Assembly: GCA_965652295.1 (NCBI GenBank) | Contig: CBFGTS010000001.1 | Coordinates: forward strand, 416,001 to 480,000 | Length of the DNA: 64,000 nucleotides | Source of the DNA: an uncultured Haloferula sp. | GTDB taxonomy: Bacteria; Verrucomicrobiota; Verrucomicrobiia; Verrucomicrobiales; Akkermansiaceae | Reading direction: 5' to 3' | Part shown: in pieces, positions 45,685-55,828 of the stretch | How positions within the stretch are numbered: position 1 is the stretch's first letter | Layout: each line of letters starts with the position of its first letter | Position numbers and translations under genes: made by a program | Notes under the pieces: generated by a model | What the model was told of the DNA's origin: nothing | The model's database searches: none | Seen by the model: the letters and a program-made list of their open reading frames with translations, nothing else

Positions 45685-48580
45685 CAATAATTTCACTTAG
45701 TTTCTCCTCGCACGCATCCCACTCGCCCTTCACCAAGAGGATTCCGTCAGACTGGCTGATTAAACCCGAGCACATCAAACGACGGGTCCGATCCGTTCCA
45801 GGCAAGGGGCATGGGCCCGATTCATGATCAGGATGGCCTGGGCCAACCAGCACGTGCCCAATCTCATGCGCCATCGTACTGAGCACGGCGGTCGTTGCGC
45901 CAGAGCCCGCGACTAGCCAACAATGTCGTCTGTCAATGTCGGTCTTTCCAGAGAAGCCACTGGACCCAGCCGCCGGGTGGGTCACGCCGTCCACAACACC
46001 TCCGAGAAGAAATATCTCAATAGCCGCCGTCGATCCCTGGAGATTCGCACTGAGCGCATCTCTGACCGATGTCGCTTCGATCCCGAACTGATTGGTCGTG
46101 TCAAACGCGCCTTCGCCACCGACATTGGGAGGATTTTCCTCATAGCCCTGGTCCTCCGGAGTGGAGGAATCGAATTCGACCGTTACGGGAATCACAGTGG
46201 CATCAAAATCAGCATTGATCTGATTGAGATAAACATCATTGAGATAATCGTCGATCTGTTGTTTGGTAAGCGCTATGGGAGGCGCGGAGACGCCGGATGT
46301 TCCCATATTTGGATAGAATGAAGAGACGCGCCACACGTTCACCTTCACCGTCCTCCTCTTCATCACCTTAACCCCCAGCGGCTTGGAGAGTGCGGTGGCG
46401 TCACCACTCTTGATGGTGACGGCGTGGTCAGCCGAAATGGCGGTGGCTGGCGCGGAGATCGTCACGGTGTTGTCGAAGGAGTCCAACGGATGCTCGGCAC
46501 TACCCCCGAACACAAAGCCGCCCGGCGACTCCAAGGTCAGCTCGGAGCCGGGGCCCGCGGTTGTCTGGAGGTGGAACGTATTGCTGCCGCCGGCCGGTGC
46601 CATCACCCACAGGCGGTCCTCGCAGGCATCTCCGGGTTCGCTGCTCGTTACCGAGACGGCATCGACTCCGGTGGCGAACTCGTCGTCGCTTATAACGAGC
46701 GGGATCCCCAATGCGTAATCGAATCCACCCTGGGATCTGGGTTTCTGCATGACGAGGGCTCCCGAGTTACTCAAGTTGGTGAGTTTCACATCGGCGCCCG
46801 CCCAATTTCCGGAGATCTCGGGCGCAGCGTCCTTCAACGAAGAAGACAGTCCGTTGAACCACAGCGGCTCGGATGTCGATGGCACAATCGCCCAACCGAG
46901 AGCGCAAATGTCCCGACATTTCGGCAAACTTCCAGCTGCCATCCAATCCACACCGGGGCCACTGATCTGAATCGCTTCTTCCGATGTAGGAACCGCCGCC
47001 AAACCACCTTCAGGAAGGGGAACGAACTCACGAATTCTCGTATCAAACTCTTTCAAGCCGGAGTCCGCAGTCTGCAGCGTGGTCTTGTCAATGCCTTCAT
47101 GCCACCAATATCGGGAGATATCGAGCAGCCCATCTGCTCTGACAGATGACGAGTCGTAGGTGGCATTTCCTGCCATTGCAGGCAGTGACCAGATCCGCTC
47201 TCCTTTGCTGGTGATGGTGTCTTCTCCGTTTTCACCGGTCGAGGCTTCGAACAATTCGGCTATGAACTTCCGGTCATTCGTGAGCGCCTGTCGATAATTG
47301 CCTGGGGTTTGAAGCATCTGAGGAGAAACGCCCGCCCACTCCGAGTCGTTGTCCAGCAATCGTTGCGGAGCGGCGTCGGGAGAGACCCACCAGCACATCT
47401 CGGCTCTGGATTTTTCATAGGGGGTGACCTGGCTGATATGGTTTCCCCAGCCAAGAATCTGTCCGTATGCGTTCATGGAAAGTGGCACACAGTATTTCAT
47501 ACCCACGCCGAACGAACGGGCGAGATTCAATCCGTGATAGGCCCCTTCCTTCCAAACTCCGGAGCTATAAAGAACCGCCCCACCATCCGTGGCCACGATA
47601 GGGCTTTCCTCTTGTCCGTAGGGGTCGATTGCTCCATTCAGGGGGAAAACGGCGTATTTCGGAGCCGAGGAGCGTGCCCAGTAAATCGCTCTGTCGCTAT
47701 GGACGGCATCCTCGATATCCGGAGTTCCATCGCCGTCGAAATCGAGATCCAGCCCGTCGGGCAGGCCGTCGTCGTCCGTGTCGGGATTGAAAGGATTGCC
47801 GACCGGACCGTCCGGGGCGTTGGGATCGGGCTCGTAGGCGAATTCCATCCAGTCCGGCGTGCCGTCGTGGTCGGAGTCCACGTCTCCATCGGCCCGCACC
47901 CGGAGGAACCGCAATGCCCCGGGGTCGGGCGGGGCGGCCGGAGGCGCGGCGAGAGCCAGCTGGTAGTTCGCCGCCACTTCCTGATTCATCTCCGGCAGGG
48001 CATCGACCAAGGCCGCCCACATGAGCGCATCGGCTCCCACAAGCTCGGACTCATCCTCGGGCACGGGAGCGTCGGCCATCTGATGCATGATGAAGAACGT
48101 GTGATTGCCGAATTTCTGAAAATACAGCGGCACCATCGTCCAGGCTGGGTCGAGAGAGATCTCCGCGTGGCGGGACAGGAGCGATTGGTTTTCGAGCGAG
48201 CGCCACGTGGCGACGACCCCGCCTCCCGCGGCGGGGCTCACGACCAGGGTGGCATGCACGGGTTCCGGCTCCGGGTCCGGTGGATCGCCTCCCGGGGGTT
48301 CGGGCGGCGGCGGTGCCACGGCGGTTTCCAACAAGGCGCAAGCATGCTCGTGACCCAGCGCGTAGAACGGATCCCCCACCGGCGACCAGTTCAGCAAATC
48401 ATCCGAAGCCTCGAATTGGTAGAGGACTCCGGGCAGGGACTTGAACACCAGCGAGGTCTGGGTGGAGCCATCCGTCGCAGTCAGGGATTGGAGGGAGAAC
48501 GGAGGCACCAGCAGATCCTGGCCGAAAGCCAGGGAAGCGGATGCCAAGGCACAACAAAGCAGGGGGAACGGACGTTGCAT
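45677..48580 (-). CDS. Large secreted protein with Asp-rich Ca-binding-type repeats and C-terminal zinc metallopeptidase motif (967 aa)
   Basis: Signal peptide from M48580; Pro-rich linkers; DSDHDGTPDWME / DTDDDGLPD / DFDGDGTPD repeats; HEIGHVLVGPGH followed by RLMCSG. Confidence 0.8.
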   Translation of the reverse strand: MQRPFPLLCCALASASLAFGQDLLVPPFSLQSLTATDGSTQTSLVFKSLPGVLYQFEASDDLLNWSPVGDPFYALGHEHACALLETAVAPPPPEPPGGDPPDPEPEPVHATLVVSPAAGGGVVATWRSLENQSLLSRHAEISLDPAWTMVPLYFQKFGNHTFFIMHQMADAPVPEDESELVGADALMWAALVDALPEMNQEVAANYQLALAAPPAAPPDPGALRFLRVRADGDVDSDHDGTPDWMEFAYEPDPNAPDGPVGNPFNPDTDDDGLPDGLDLDFDGDGTPDIEDAVHSDRAIYWARSSAPKYAVFPLNGAIDPYGQEESPIVATDGGAVLYSSGVWKEGAYHGLNLARSFGVGMKYCVPLSMNAYGQILGWGNHISQVTPYEKSRAEMCWWVSPDAAPQRLLDNDSEWAGVSPQMLQTPGNYRQALTNDRKFIAELFEASTGENGEDTITSKGERIWSLPAMAGNATYDSSSVRADGLLDISRYWWHEGIDKTTLQTADSGLKEFDTRIREFVPLPEGGLAAVPTSEEAIQISGPGVDWMAAGSLPKCRDICALGWAIVPSTSEPLWFNGLSSSLKDAAPEISGNWAGADVKLTNLSNSGALVMQKPRSQGGFDYALGIPLVISDDEFATGVDAVSVTSSEPGDACEDRLWVMAPAGGSNTFHLQTTAGPGSELTLESPGGFVFGGSAEHPLDSFDNTVTISAPATAISADHAVTIKSGDATALSKPLGVKVMKRRTVKVNVWRVSSFYPNMGTSGVSAPPIALTKQQIDDYLNDVYLNQINADFDATVIPVTVEFDSSTPEDQGYEENPPNVGGEGAFDTTNQFGIEATSVRDALSANLQGSTAAIEIFLLGGVVDGVTHPAAGSSGFSGKTDIDRRHCWLVAGSGATTAVLSTMAHEIGHVLVGPGHPDHESGPCPLPGTDRTRRLMCSGLISQSDGILLVKGEWDACEEKLSEIIDE

Positions 48581-49134
48581 GATAGGATCAGGTTCGAATC
48601 TGACGTCCGTTCCGGTGGACGGGGAGTGAATAAGCCGCACACAGTCGGCCGCAACGGCCTTTAGCCGTTCTCCCCGAAGGAAGGCGGCCTGGACATGCGC
48701 CGCCGCCTCCCCGGCCATTTCGGTCGGTTTGGCGGCATCGTTCGCGGTCGATGCCGACCGCTGTGTGGGAGGTTATTCAGACCTCGTCCGCTGGAGCGGA
48801 CATGAGCACCCTGTGAAGCGGTTGTTATCATGACAAGCTCAAAGAGTCTCAAACGCCCGTACCACAGGGGTGGGCGAGGGCGGAAATGGGGCCGGGCATA
48901 GGGATGATGGTTTCGGAGGAGCGGATGCCCAACGAAAAAGGCGCGGCGAACTGTTTCATTCACCGCGCCTCGCAACCATCACCATTCAAAAGGCTTCTGT
49001 GTTCCCCCAAACGATTTGTACCGAAGTCTTCTGACCGGTGATGCTGAAACGTCGGGAAGGGCTTTCCCGAGCCGTGACAAGGACACACGAAATGTTAGAG
49101 TACGTCACTGCCGCGATCGCGTAGCCCCGGCGGG

Positions 49135-49392
49135 CTGCCGGGCGGGTCGGATGTCTGTTAGGAACCGGCCGTGCCGGAGCAGGGTGGGAAGGGCCTCAAC
49201 GTCTGGACGCTGCCGCGGTCCTGGAGCAGCAGCAGCGCGGCGGGCGGCATGGCCTCCGCGCCGGGTGCATCGATCGCGCGGCGCGGGGCGAGGCGGGCGA
49301 CGAAGACATCGCTGCCCAAGCGCCCGAAGAGGTAGCCCTCGCGTAGCAGCGCCAGCGAGCTGTCGAACGCACCGTCGGAGGGGGGCGCTCAT
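49135..49392 (-). pseudogene. Collapsed cytochrome P450 fatty-acid peroxygenase (CYP152-like) pseudogene
   Basis: After a frameshift behind ATG 49392 it reads PSDGAFDSSLALLREGYLFGRLGSDVFVARL...GAEAMPPAALLLLQDRGSVQTL, then in another frame LPTLLRHGRFLTDIRPA, matching the N- and C-termini of CYP152 enzymes as recalled. Confidence 0.7.
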
Positions 49393-49398
49393 GCCGTG

Positions 49399-49947
49399 TC
49401 AGTTCCGTCCCGATGCGGAAATCGCATCCTGCACCGAATCCGGGCGCTTCGCATCGCCTGCGTCGTCAGGCAGAGGAAGGCGCTGGGAGAGTTCGACGAG
49501 TTCCTGGATCGCGGCCCGCTCCTCCTCGAGGGACTTGGTGAGGCGGGCGGCGTCGTCGTCCAAGCCGAGACGACGGGCGAGGCTGGCGACGAAACGATAG
49601 CCGGCGATTTCGTAATGTTTCACCCGCACGCAGTGGGCGACCACGAGGAGATCGCGGACGCGGGCATTGCCTGTGGCGGCGATGTGCTGGTTGCCGCCGT
49701 GGATGAGGCCGAGCATCGCCTGGCAGGTATCGCCGGTGGGTTCGCTGCCGTAGCGCTCGAAGATGTCACGGATGCGGTCCTTTTGCCGGCTGGTGAGATC
49801 CTCGGCCTGCCTCAGCAGTTTCCGCAGGGCGTCGGAACTCACCGCCTCGGCGAGGGAGCCGAGGGTGAGGGCGACCTGCGATTCGGCGCTGAAAAGATCG
49901 CGGAGCTGGTCGAGATAAAGATCGGTTCGGGTTTCAATGGTTTTCAT
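49399..49947 (-). CDS. DUF892 / YciF ferritin-like stress protein
   Basis: LYLDQLRDLFSAESQ, CQAMLGLI, VKHYEIAGY, SLEEE. Confidence 0.85.
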   Translation of the reverse strand: MKTIETRTDLYLDQLRDLFSAESQVALTLGSLAEAVSSDALRKLLRQAEDLTSRQKDRIRDIFERYGSEPTGDTCQAMLGLIHGGNQHIAATGNARVRDLLVVAHCVRVKHYEIAGYRFVASLARRLGLDDDAARLTKSLEEERAAIQELVELSQRLPLPDDAGDAKRPDSVQDAISASGRN

Positions 49948-50104
49948 CAACCCTCTCCTTGGCAGGAAGCATGCCTGCCTTCCCCGGCTGCTTCGCGGGC
50001 TCGTCAGCGTCGGTTGGAAAGATTGTCCTCCGCGTTTTTGGCTTTGCCGTTTCCAGCGGAAAACCTTCTGCGTAGGCTCCGCCGCCATCGTCTCAACGAT
50101 CCGT

Positions 50105-51169
50105 ATGTCGATCCTCCATCCACCCAAGCAGCGCCTCTGGATCTGGTTTCTCTGGCTGGCGGCGTTCTACGGGACGTGGCTTTTTCTTGTCGCCGTCCAG
50201 GGCTGGTGGGGTGAGGCGAAGGCGCATTGGCCGATGGCGGTGGCGATGACGGCGGGGAGCTACGCGGCGGGCTCGACGCCCATGGGCGGAGGCACGGTGG
50301 GTTTTCCCATCCTGGTGCTGCTCTTCAATCAACCCGCCGAGTTGGGGCGCGACTTCAGTTTCGCGATCCAGTCGATCGGCATGACCAGTGCCTCGATTTT
50401 CATCTTCGCCCGTCGCCAGCCGGTGGCGGGGGCGATGCTCAAGGGCGCGGTGATTGGTGCGACCTTCGGCGTGCCGCTGGGGATTTTCCTGGTGGCTCCG
50501 TGGGTGCCCGCCTTGTGGATCAAGGTGATCTTCGCGGTCGTCTGGGGAAGCTTCGGCATTCTTCACCTGTGGCGGATCCGGGAGATCGCGGGCCACGAAG
50601 GGATGACTGACTTCGATGAGCGTTGGGATATCAAGGTGGGCTTGATCATCGGCCTGTTGTCCGGAGCGACGGTGGTTTCGGTCTCGGGCGTGGGCATCGA
50701 CATGGTGCTCTACACGGTGCTGGTGTTGGTTTGCCGGGCGGATCTGAAGATCTCCATTCCGACCTCGGTGGTGATCATGGCGTACTGCTCGGTGATCGGG
50801 ATCCTGACGAAGATTTTCTTCACCGGAGTCCAGCCGCAGGTCTTTGAAAACTGGCTGGCGGCGGCCCCTGTCGTGGCGCTGGGCGCGCCTCTCGGCGTGT
50901 TCATCGTGGGCCTGATCGGGCGCAAGCCAACGCTCTTGGTCGTCGCCGCGCTTTGCGTCGGGCAGTTGGTGTGGACGCTGGTCCGCGAGCGCACGGCCTT
51001 GGGTGGAGCCGGCATCGCTCTCTCGCTGCTGGCGGTGGGGCTCTGCTTGCTGGGCTTCGAGCGCCTGCGGAGATTCGGCGCGGTGCTGGTCGGGGAGATT
51101 CAGAAAAAGCGGCGGCTGGCCGAGGAACCGAACCGCTGCGAGACTCCGGCGCTGCCGGCGCAGGATTGA
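50105..51169 (+). CDS. Sulfite exporter TauE/SafE-family membrane protein
   Basis: AGSTPMGGGTVGFP, IQSIGMTSA, multiple TM helices. Confidence 0.85.
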   Translation: MSILHPPKQRLWIWFLWLAAFYGTWLFLVAVQGWWGEAKAHWPMAVAMTAGSYAAGSTPMGGGTVGFPILVLLFNQPAELGRDFSFAIQSIGMTSASIFIFARRQPVAGAMLKGAVIGATFGVPLGIFLVAPWVPALWIKVIFAVVWGSFGILHLWRIREIAGHEGMTDFDERWDIKVGLIIGLLSGATVVSVSGVGIDMVLYTVLVLVCRADLKISIPTSVVIMAYCSVIGILTKIFFTGVQPQVFENWLAAAPVVALGAPLGVFIVGLIGRKPTLLVVAALCVGQLVWTLVRERTALGGAGIALSLLAVGLCLLGFERLRRFGAVLVGEIQKKRRLAEEPNRCETPALPAQD

Positions 51170-51241
51170 CGGGCGGAGGAGGGGATGAACGGAGAGCCGG
51201 GTTTGGATTGCCGGCGGCCGGACGCTGGCTAAGTTCCGCGC

Positions 51242-52363
51242 ATGCCCATCGCCGAATTCGCCAACGCCTTCGTGTGCGACCTGCACGCCTACGAGCCGGG
51301 CAAGCCGATCGATGAAACCGCGCGCGAGCTGGGGCTCGATCCGGCTTCGATCATCAAGCTCGCCTCGAACGAGAACCCGCTGGGGCCCTCGCCCAAGGCG
51401 AAGGAGGCGATGCGGGAGGCGATCGACGGCATCCACATCTATCCGGATGGGGGCGGCTACCGGCTGCGCGAGGCGATCGCCCGCCGGCAGGGGTTGGAAA
51501 TCGACAACATCGTACTGGGCAACGGCTCGAACGAGATCATCGAACTCCTATGTCATTCGTTCCTGAACCCACGGGCGGAGTTGATCGCTGCCGAGCACGC
51601 ATTCGTGGTTTACAAACTGATGGCGACGCTCTTCGGAGCGAGATATGTCGAAGTGCCGGACCCGGGATTCGTCCACGATCTGGATGCGATGGCGGAGGCG
51701 ATCACGCCGGACACGCGGCTGGTTTTCATCGCGAACCCGAACAATCCGACCGGGACGATGGTCGATGAGGCGGCGATCGACCGCTTCATGAGCCGCGTAC
51801 CGGAGCAGGTGGTGGTGTGCTTCGACGAGGCGTATTTTGAATTCGTCGAGGATCCGCCGGACACGGTGAAGTATGTGCGGGAGGGCCGGAATGTCTGCGT
51901 GCTGCGGACCTGCTCGAAGATCCACGGTCTGGCGGGTCTGCGGATCGGCTACGGTCTCGCCTCGAAGGAGGTGGCGACGATTTTGCAGAAGGCGCGGCAG
52001 CCGTTCAATGCGAACGCCATGGCCCAGGCCGCGGCGCTGGCCGCGCTGGAAGACGACGAGCACATGTTGAAGACGCGGCGGCTCAACGACGAGGGGCTCG
52101 CCTTCTGGCAGGGCGCGTTCGAGGAGCGCGGGCTGAAGTACGTGCCGAGCCTGGCGAACTTCGTGCTGGTGGAGGTGGGCGATGGCGATGCCTTGTTCCG
52201 CGAAATGCTGCACCGCGGGGTGATCGTGCGTGCCATGCGCAGCTACAAGCTGCCGGGCTGGGTGAGGATTTCCACGGGCACCGCGGAGCAGAACCTGCGG
52301 GCCTTGCAGGTCTTTGATGAAGCCCTGCAGGTCGTCCGCTTGGCCGCCGGGATGCCTGCTTGA
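51242..52363 (+). CDS. hisC: Histidinol-phosphate aminotransferase
   Basis: KLASNENPLG, GNGSNE, NPNNPTG, DEAY, RTCSKIHGLAGLRIGY. Confidence 0.93.
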   Translation: MPIAEFANAFVCDLHAYEPGKPIDETARELGLDPASIIKLASNENPLGPSPKAKEAMREAIDGIHIYPDGGGYRLREAIARRQGLEIDNIVLGNGSNEIIELLCHSFLNPRAELIAAEHAFVVYKLMATLFGARYVEVPDPGFVHDLDAMAEAITPDTRLVFIANPNNPTGTMVDEAAIDRFMSRVPEQVVVCFDEAYFEFVEDPPDTVKYVREGRNVCVLRTCSKIHGLAGLRIGYGLASKEVATILQKARQPFNANAMAQAAALAALEDDEHMLKTRRLNDEGLAFWQGAFEERGLKYVPSLANFVLVEVGDGDALFREMLHRGVIVRAMRSYKLPGWVRISTGTAEQNLRALQVFDEALQVVRLAAGMPA

Positions 52364-52395
52364 GGTCGGAGCGGGATTCAAACAAGGTAACCACG

Positions 52396-53751
52396 ATGTC
52401 GAACGACTCCATTCCGCCGGGCCAGCGCGAGTTCCGCTGCGAGCACTGCCACGGCAAGATCCTGATTCCGGTGGATTTCCCGCCGACCACGGGTCCGTGC
52501 CCGCATTGTGCGCAGGTGGTCACCTCGCCGCCACCGGAGTCGCCCCTGCCCGTGGCTCCCGCGCCGCCGGTGGAGCCGACTCCGGTTCCGGTCGAGCGAA
52601 CGCCCGCGCCGGTGGAGCCAACACCCGCGCCGGTGGAGCCAACACCCGCCCCGGTGGAACGCCGGATGCCGCCGGTGAATCCGGTCGAGCGGCCGGTGAA
52701 GCCCGAGTCGGTGGCGGGTCCGGAACCCAAAGCCGCGCCGGTCGCGGCACCGGTCGCGGAGCCGACGGCGGATGGGGGCAAACGCAGCATCAGGACTGCG
52801 GTGGTGATCGTGCTGACCTTGCTGCTGCTGGGCGGTTGGACGGCGTTTTTCCTGTTGAATCCGGGATCCATGGAGGCTCCGCCGGCGATGAAGGGAAGTC
52901 CGAGCCCCGAGATGCAGGAGGCCTATTATCTGGACAAGGGCTGGGAGGCCGATGCCCGCGAGGTGCTGGCGAATTTCCTGGCGGCGGATACGCCGATGGA
53001 GCGGGCGCGGTACTCGATCCGGGGCGATGAGCTTCTGCCCGAAATGGAGGAGTTTTACGCGGAGCGGTCGATGGACGATTCGGACACGCCAGCGGAGGCA
53101 TTCTCGGTCTACCAGTTGCCGATCGAGGACCGGAAGCGCGGGATTTTCATGCTGGTCTACGATCAGCCGCCGGCCTTCGAGATGAGTGAATTCTTCGTGC
53201 CGGTGGTGCCGCTGGCGGTGCAGTACAAGGTGGAGGAGCCGGATCTGCTGGCGGCGACGCTGGGGCGGGCGGGGAACTTCGCCTCGGAGCCGATCAAGGT
53301 GCAGGCCCTGTTCAAGCGGACGAGCGAGGGGCTGAAGGTGGATTGGGAGGCTTTCGTGCAGTCGAAACACCGGAAGTTCCGCGATTTTCTGGAGCTTCCG
53401 GAATCGGGAAAAACGGAGGTTTTCCGCGTGCTCGTGGTGGAAACGGTGCCGGAGAACCGCGAGGTGCCGGCGGGCCATCGGGTGTATCTGGTGATCGATC
53501 CGGCCTACCGGAACGAGGACATGGCGCGGACCGTGGTGCCGGTGGACTCGGAGATCGGCCGGGCGCTTTCGATCCTCAACTGGCGCGGCACCAATGGCGG
53601 TCGGGCGACCGTGCGGTCGGCGACTCTGGAGTTGGGGTGGTCGGACGAGGCGACTCCCCAGTTGGAAATCGAGCGGTTCATTTGCTGGGAATTCCTGGGC
53701 GTGGGCGGCGAAGCCCTGCCCGGAGGAGGGGCGCGGAATGGTGGAGAATGA
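52396..53751 (+). CDS. Hypothetical membrane protein with Zn-ribbon and Pro-rich linker
   Basis: CEHC...CPHC N-terminus, PVEPTPA repeats, one TM helix, KVDWEAFVQ motif. Confidence 0.8.
   Translation: MSNDSIPPGQREFRCEHCHGKILIPVDFPPTTGPCPHCAQVVTSPPPESPLPVAPAPPVEPTPVPVERTPAPVEPTPAPVEPTPAPVERRMPPVNPVERPVKPESVAGPEPKAAPVAAPVAEPTADGGKRSIRTAVVIVLTLLLLGGWTAFFLLNPGSMEAPPAMKGSPSPEMQEAYYLDKGWEADAREVLANFLAADTPMERARYSIRGDELLPEMEEFYAERSMDDSDTPAEAFSVYQLPIEDRKRGIFMLVYDQPPAFEMSEFFVPVVPLAVQYKVEEPDLLAATLGRAGNFASEPIKVQALFKRTSEGLKVDWEAFVQSKHRKFRDFLELPESGKTEVFRVLVVETVPENREVPAGHRVYLVIDPAYRNEDMARTVVPVDSEIGRALSILNWRGTNGGRATVRSATLELGWSDEATPQLEIERFICWEFLGVGGEALPGGGARNGGE
52567..52659 (+). repeat. 21-bp coding tandem repeat (about 4.4 units, PVEPTPA)
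   Basis: CCGGTGGAGCCAACACCCGCG-like units starting at 52567, 52588, 52609, 52630, and a partial unit at 52651. Confidence 0.85.
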
Positions 53752-55075
53752 TACCATTGCCGCGCTGGCCACGCCGGGCGGCACGGGCGCGGTGGCGCTG
53801 ATCCGCGTGTCCGGCCCGCGGGCGTGGGAGCTGGTGGAAACGGCCTGCGGTCGGCCGCTTGACGCGCCCAGGACGGCGGCGTTGAGGTCGGTGCGGGACG
53901 CGGCCGGCCGGGTGCTCGACCAGGTGCTGGTGACTCCTTTCCGCGGACCGGCGAGCTACACCGGCGAGGACGTGGTGGAGGTGGCGACCCATGGCGGCCG
54001 GCTGATCACGCGGCGGGTGCTGGAGCGTCTGTTGGAATGCGGCGCCCGGCCAGCGGGACCGGGCGAATTCACCGAGCGGGCGTTTTTCCACGGCAAGCTG
54101 GATCTGACGCAGGCCGAGGCGGTGATGGATCTGATCTCGGCGCAGAGTGATCTGGCGATCCGGGCGGCGCACGAGCAGCTCGAAGGCCGGTTGGGCCGGC
54201 GGACCGAAGCGCTGCGGCACGAGGTGCTGGGCGTGGTGGCGCAAGTCGAGGCGTGGATCGATTTCCCGGAGGAGGACATCGATCCGGAAACCGGGGCGGC
54301 GCTGGACGCGCACATTGCCGTGGTGGCGGAGGGCATCCGCGGGCTGCTGGCCACGGCGGACCAGGGGCGGATCCTGCGCGAGGGTTTGCGGACGGTGATC
54401 TGCGGGCTGCCGAACGCGGGGAAATCGAGTTTGCTGAACCAATTGCTGGGCGAGGAACGGGCCATCGTCAGCCGGACTGCGGGCACCACCCGGGATACGA
54501 TCGAGGAAGCCTTGGTGGTCGATGGCGTCCCTCTGCGATTGGTGGACACGGCAGGGCTGCGGCAGTCGGGCGACGAGATCGAGGAGGAAGGCATCCGCCG
54601 GACGCGCCGCGAGGCGGGGCGGGCGGACCTTTTGATCGTGGTGGCGGATGCCTCGCTGCCGCCGGCCGAAGCGCTGCCGGACGAGCTGCCGTCGGTGTCG
54701 CGGGTGCTGCATGTTTTGAACAAAACGGACCTCGGCGAGCACGCGGGCTGGCGCGGCCGGGAGGCGGTGCGCGTGTCGTGCGCGGACGGCCGCGGGCTGG
54801 AAGCACTGCGCGGGCGGATCCGCGAGCTGGCGGAGCTGGGTGAGGCGGATTGGGGCGAGCATTCGGTGGCGATCAACGCGCGCCACCGTGGCTGTCTGCG
54901 CACCGCCGGCGACGCGCTGGAGCGGGGCCGGGCGGCACTTTCCGAAGGCATGGCGGCGGAAATGGCGGCGCTGGAGCTGCGGGAAGCGCTGGATGCGCTG
55001 GGCGAAATTGCAGGGCGGGTGGACACGGAAGAGATTCTGGGCGAGATCTTCAGCCGCTTTTGCATCGGGAAATGA
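53738..55075 (+). CDS. mnmE: tRNA modification GTPase MnmE
   Basis: DTIAALATP, SYTGEDVVE, GEFTERAF, GLPNAGKSS, GTTRD, DTAG, NKTD, FCIGK. Confidence 0.96.
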   Translation: MVENDTIAALATPGGTGAVALIRVSGPRAWELVETACGRPLDAPRTAALRSVRDAAGRVLDQVLVTPFRGPASYTGEDVVEVATHGGRLITRRVLERLLECGARPAGPGEFTERAFFHGKLDLTQAEAVMDLISAQSDLAIRAAHEQLEGRLGRRTEALRHEVLGVVAQVEAWIDFPEEDIDPETGAALDAHIAVVAEGIRGLLATADQGRILREGLRTVICGLPNAGKSSLLNQLLGEERAIVSRTAGTTRDTIEEALVVDGVPLRLVDTAGLRQSGDEIEEEGIRRTRREAGRADLLIVVADASLPPAEALPDELPSVSRVLHVLNKTDLGEHAGWRGREAVRVSCADGRGLEALRGRIRELAELGEADWGEHSVAINARHRGCLRTAGDALERGRAALSEGMAAEMAALELREALDALGEIAGRVDTEEILGEIFSRFCIGK

Positions 55076-55794
55076 ACATTGTCGTGCTCACCGGTGCCGG
55101 GATTTCCGCGGAATCGGGCATCCCGGTTTTTCGCGGCACGGACGGGCTGTGGGAAGGACACCGGGTCGAGGACGTGGCCACGCCGGAGGGCTTCAAGCGC
55201 GACCCGCAGCAGGTTCACGAGTTCTACAACGGCCGCCGCGCGAAGCTGCTCGAATGCGCTCCGAACGACGCCCACCGCGCGCTGGCCCGGCTGGCGCAGG
55301 GCTGGCGGCAGGGCAGCTTCACGCTGGTCACCCAGAACATCGATGACCTCCACGAACGGGGCGGTGCGCCGGAGGCGATCCACATGCATGGCGAGCTGCT
55401 GAAGTCCCGTTGCACGTCCTGCGGCGTCGTCAGCGAGTGCCGCGAGGACCTTTCCCGCGCGTCGATCTGCCAGGTCTGCGGATGCATCGACTGCCTGCGG
55501 CCGCACGTGGTGTGGTTCGGTGAAATCCCATTCCACCTCGGACGGATCGAGCGCGAGCTGGACCGCGCGAACCTGTTCGTGGCGATCGGGACCTCGGGCC
55601 GCGTTTATCCCGCGGCGGGCTTCGTCCATGCCGCGCGAGCGGCGGGTGCGCGGACCTTGGAGATCAACCTGGAACCGGGAGGCACCTCGGCGGAATTCGA
55701 TGAACATCGGGCCGGTCCCGCCGGGCTGCTGGTGCCGGCGTGGGTGGACGAACTCCTCTCCAGCGACGCAGGTCCGGGCGGATTCCGCGTTTGA
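55072..55794 (+). CDS. cobB: NAD-dependent protein deacylase (sirtuin)
   Basis: LTGAGISAESG, TQNIDDLHE, HMHG, CxxC pairs, RPHVVWFGE, IGTSG. Confidence 0.93.
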   Translation: MNIVVLTGAGISAESGIPVFRGTDGLWEGHRVEDVATPEGFKRDPQQVHEFYNGRRAKLLECAPNDAHRALARLAQGWRQGSFTLVTQNIDDLHERGGAPEAIHMHGELLKSRCTSCGVVSECREDLSRASICQVCGCIDCLRPHVVWFGEIPFHLGRIERELDRANLFVAIGTSGRVYPAAGFVHAARAAGARTLEINLEPGGTSAEFDEHRAGPAGLLVPAWVDELLSSDAGPGGFRV

Positions 55795-55828
55795 TTTCCG
55801 CCGGATATCTCCAAAGCTTCCGCTACTG

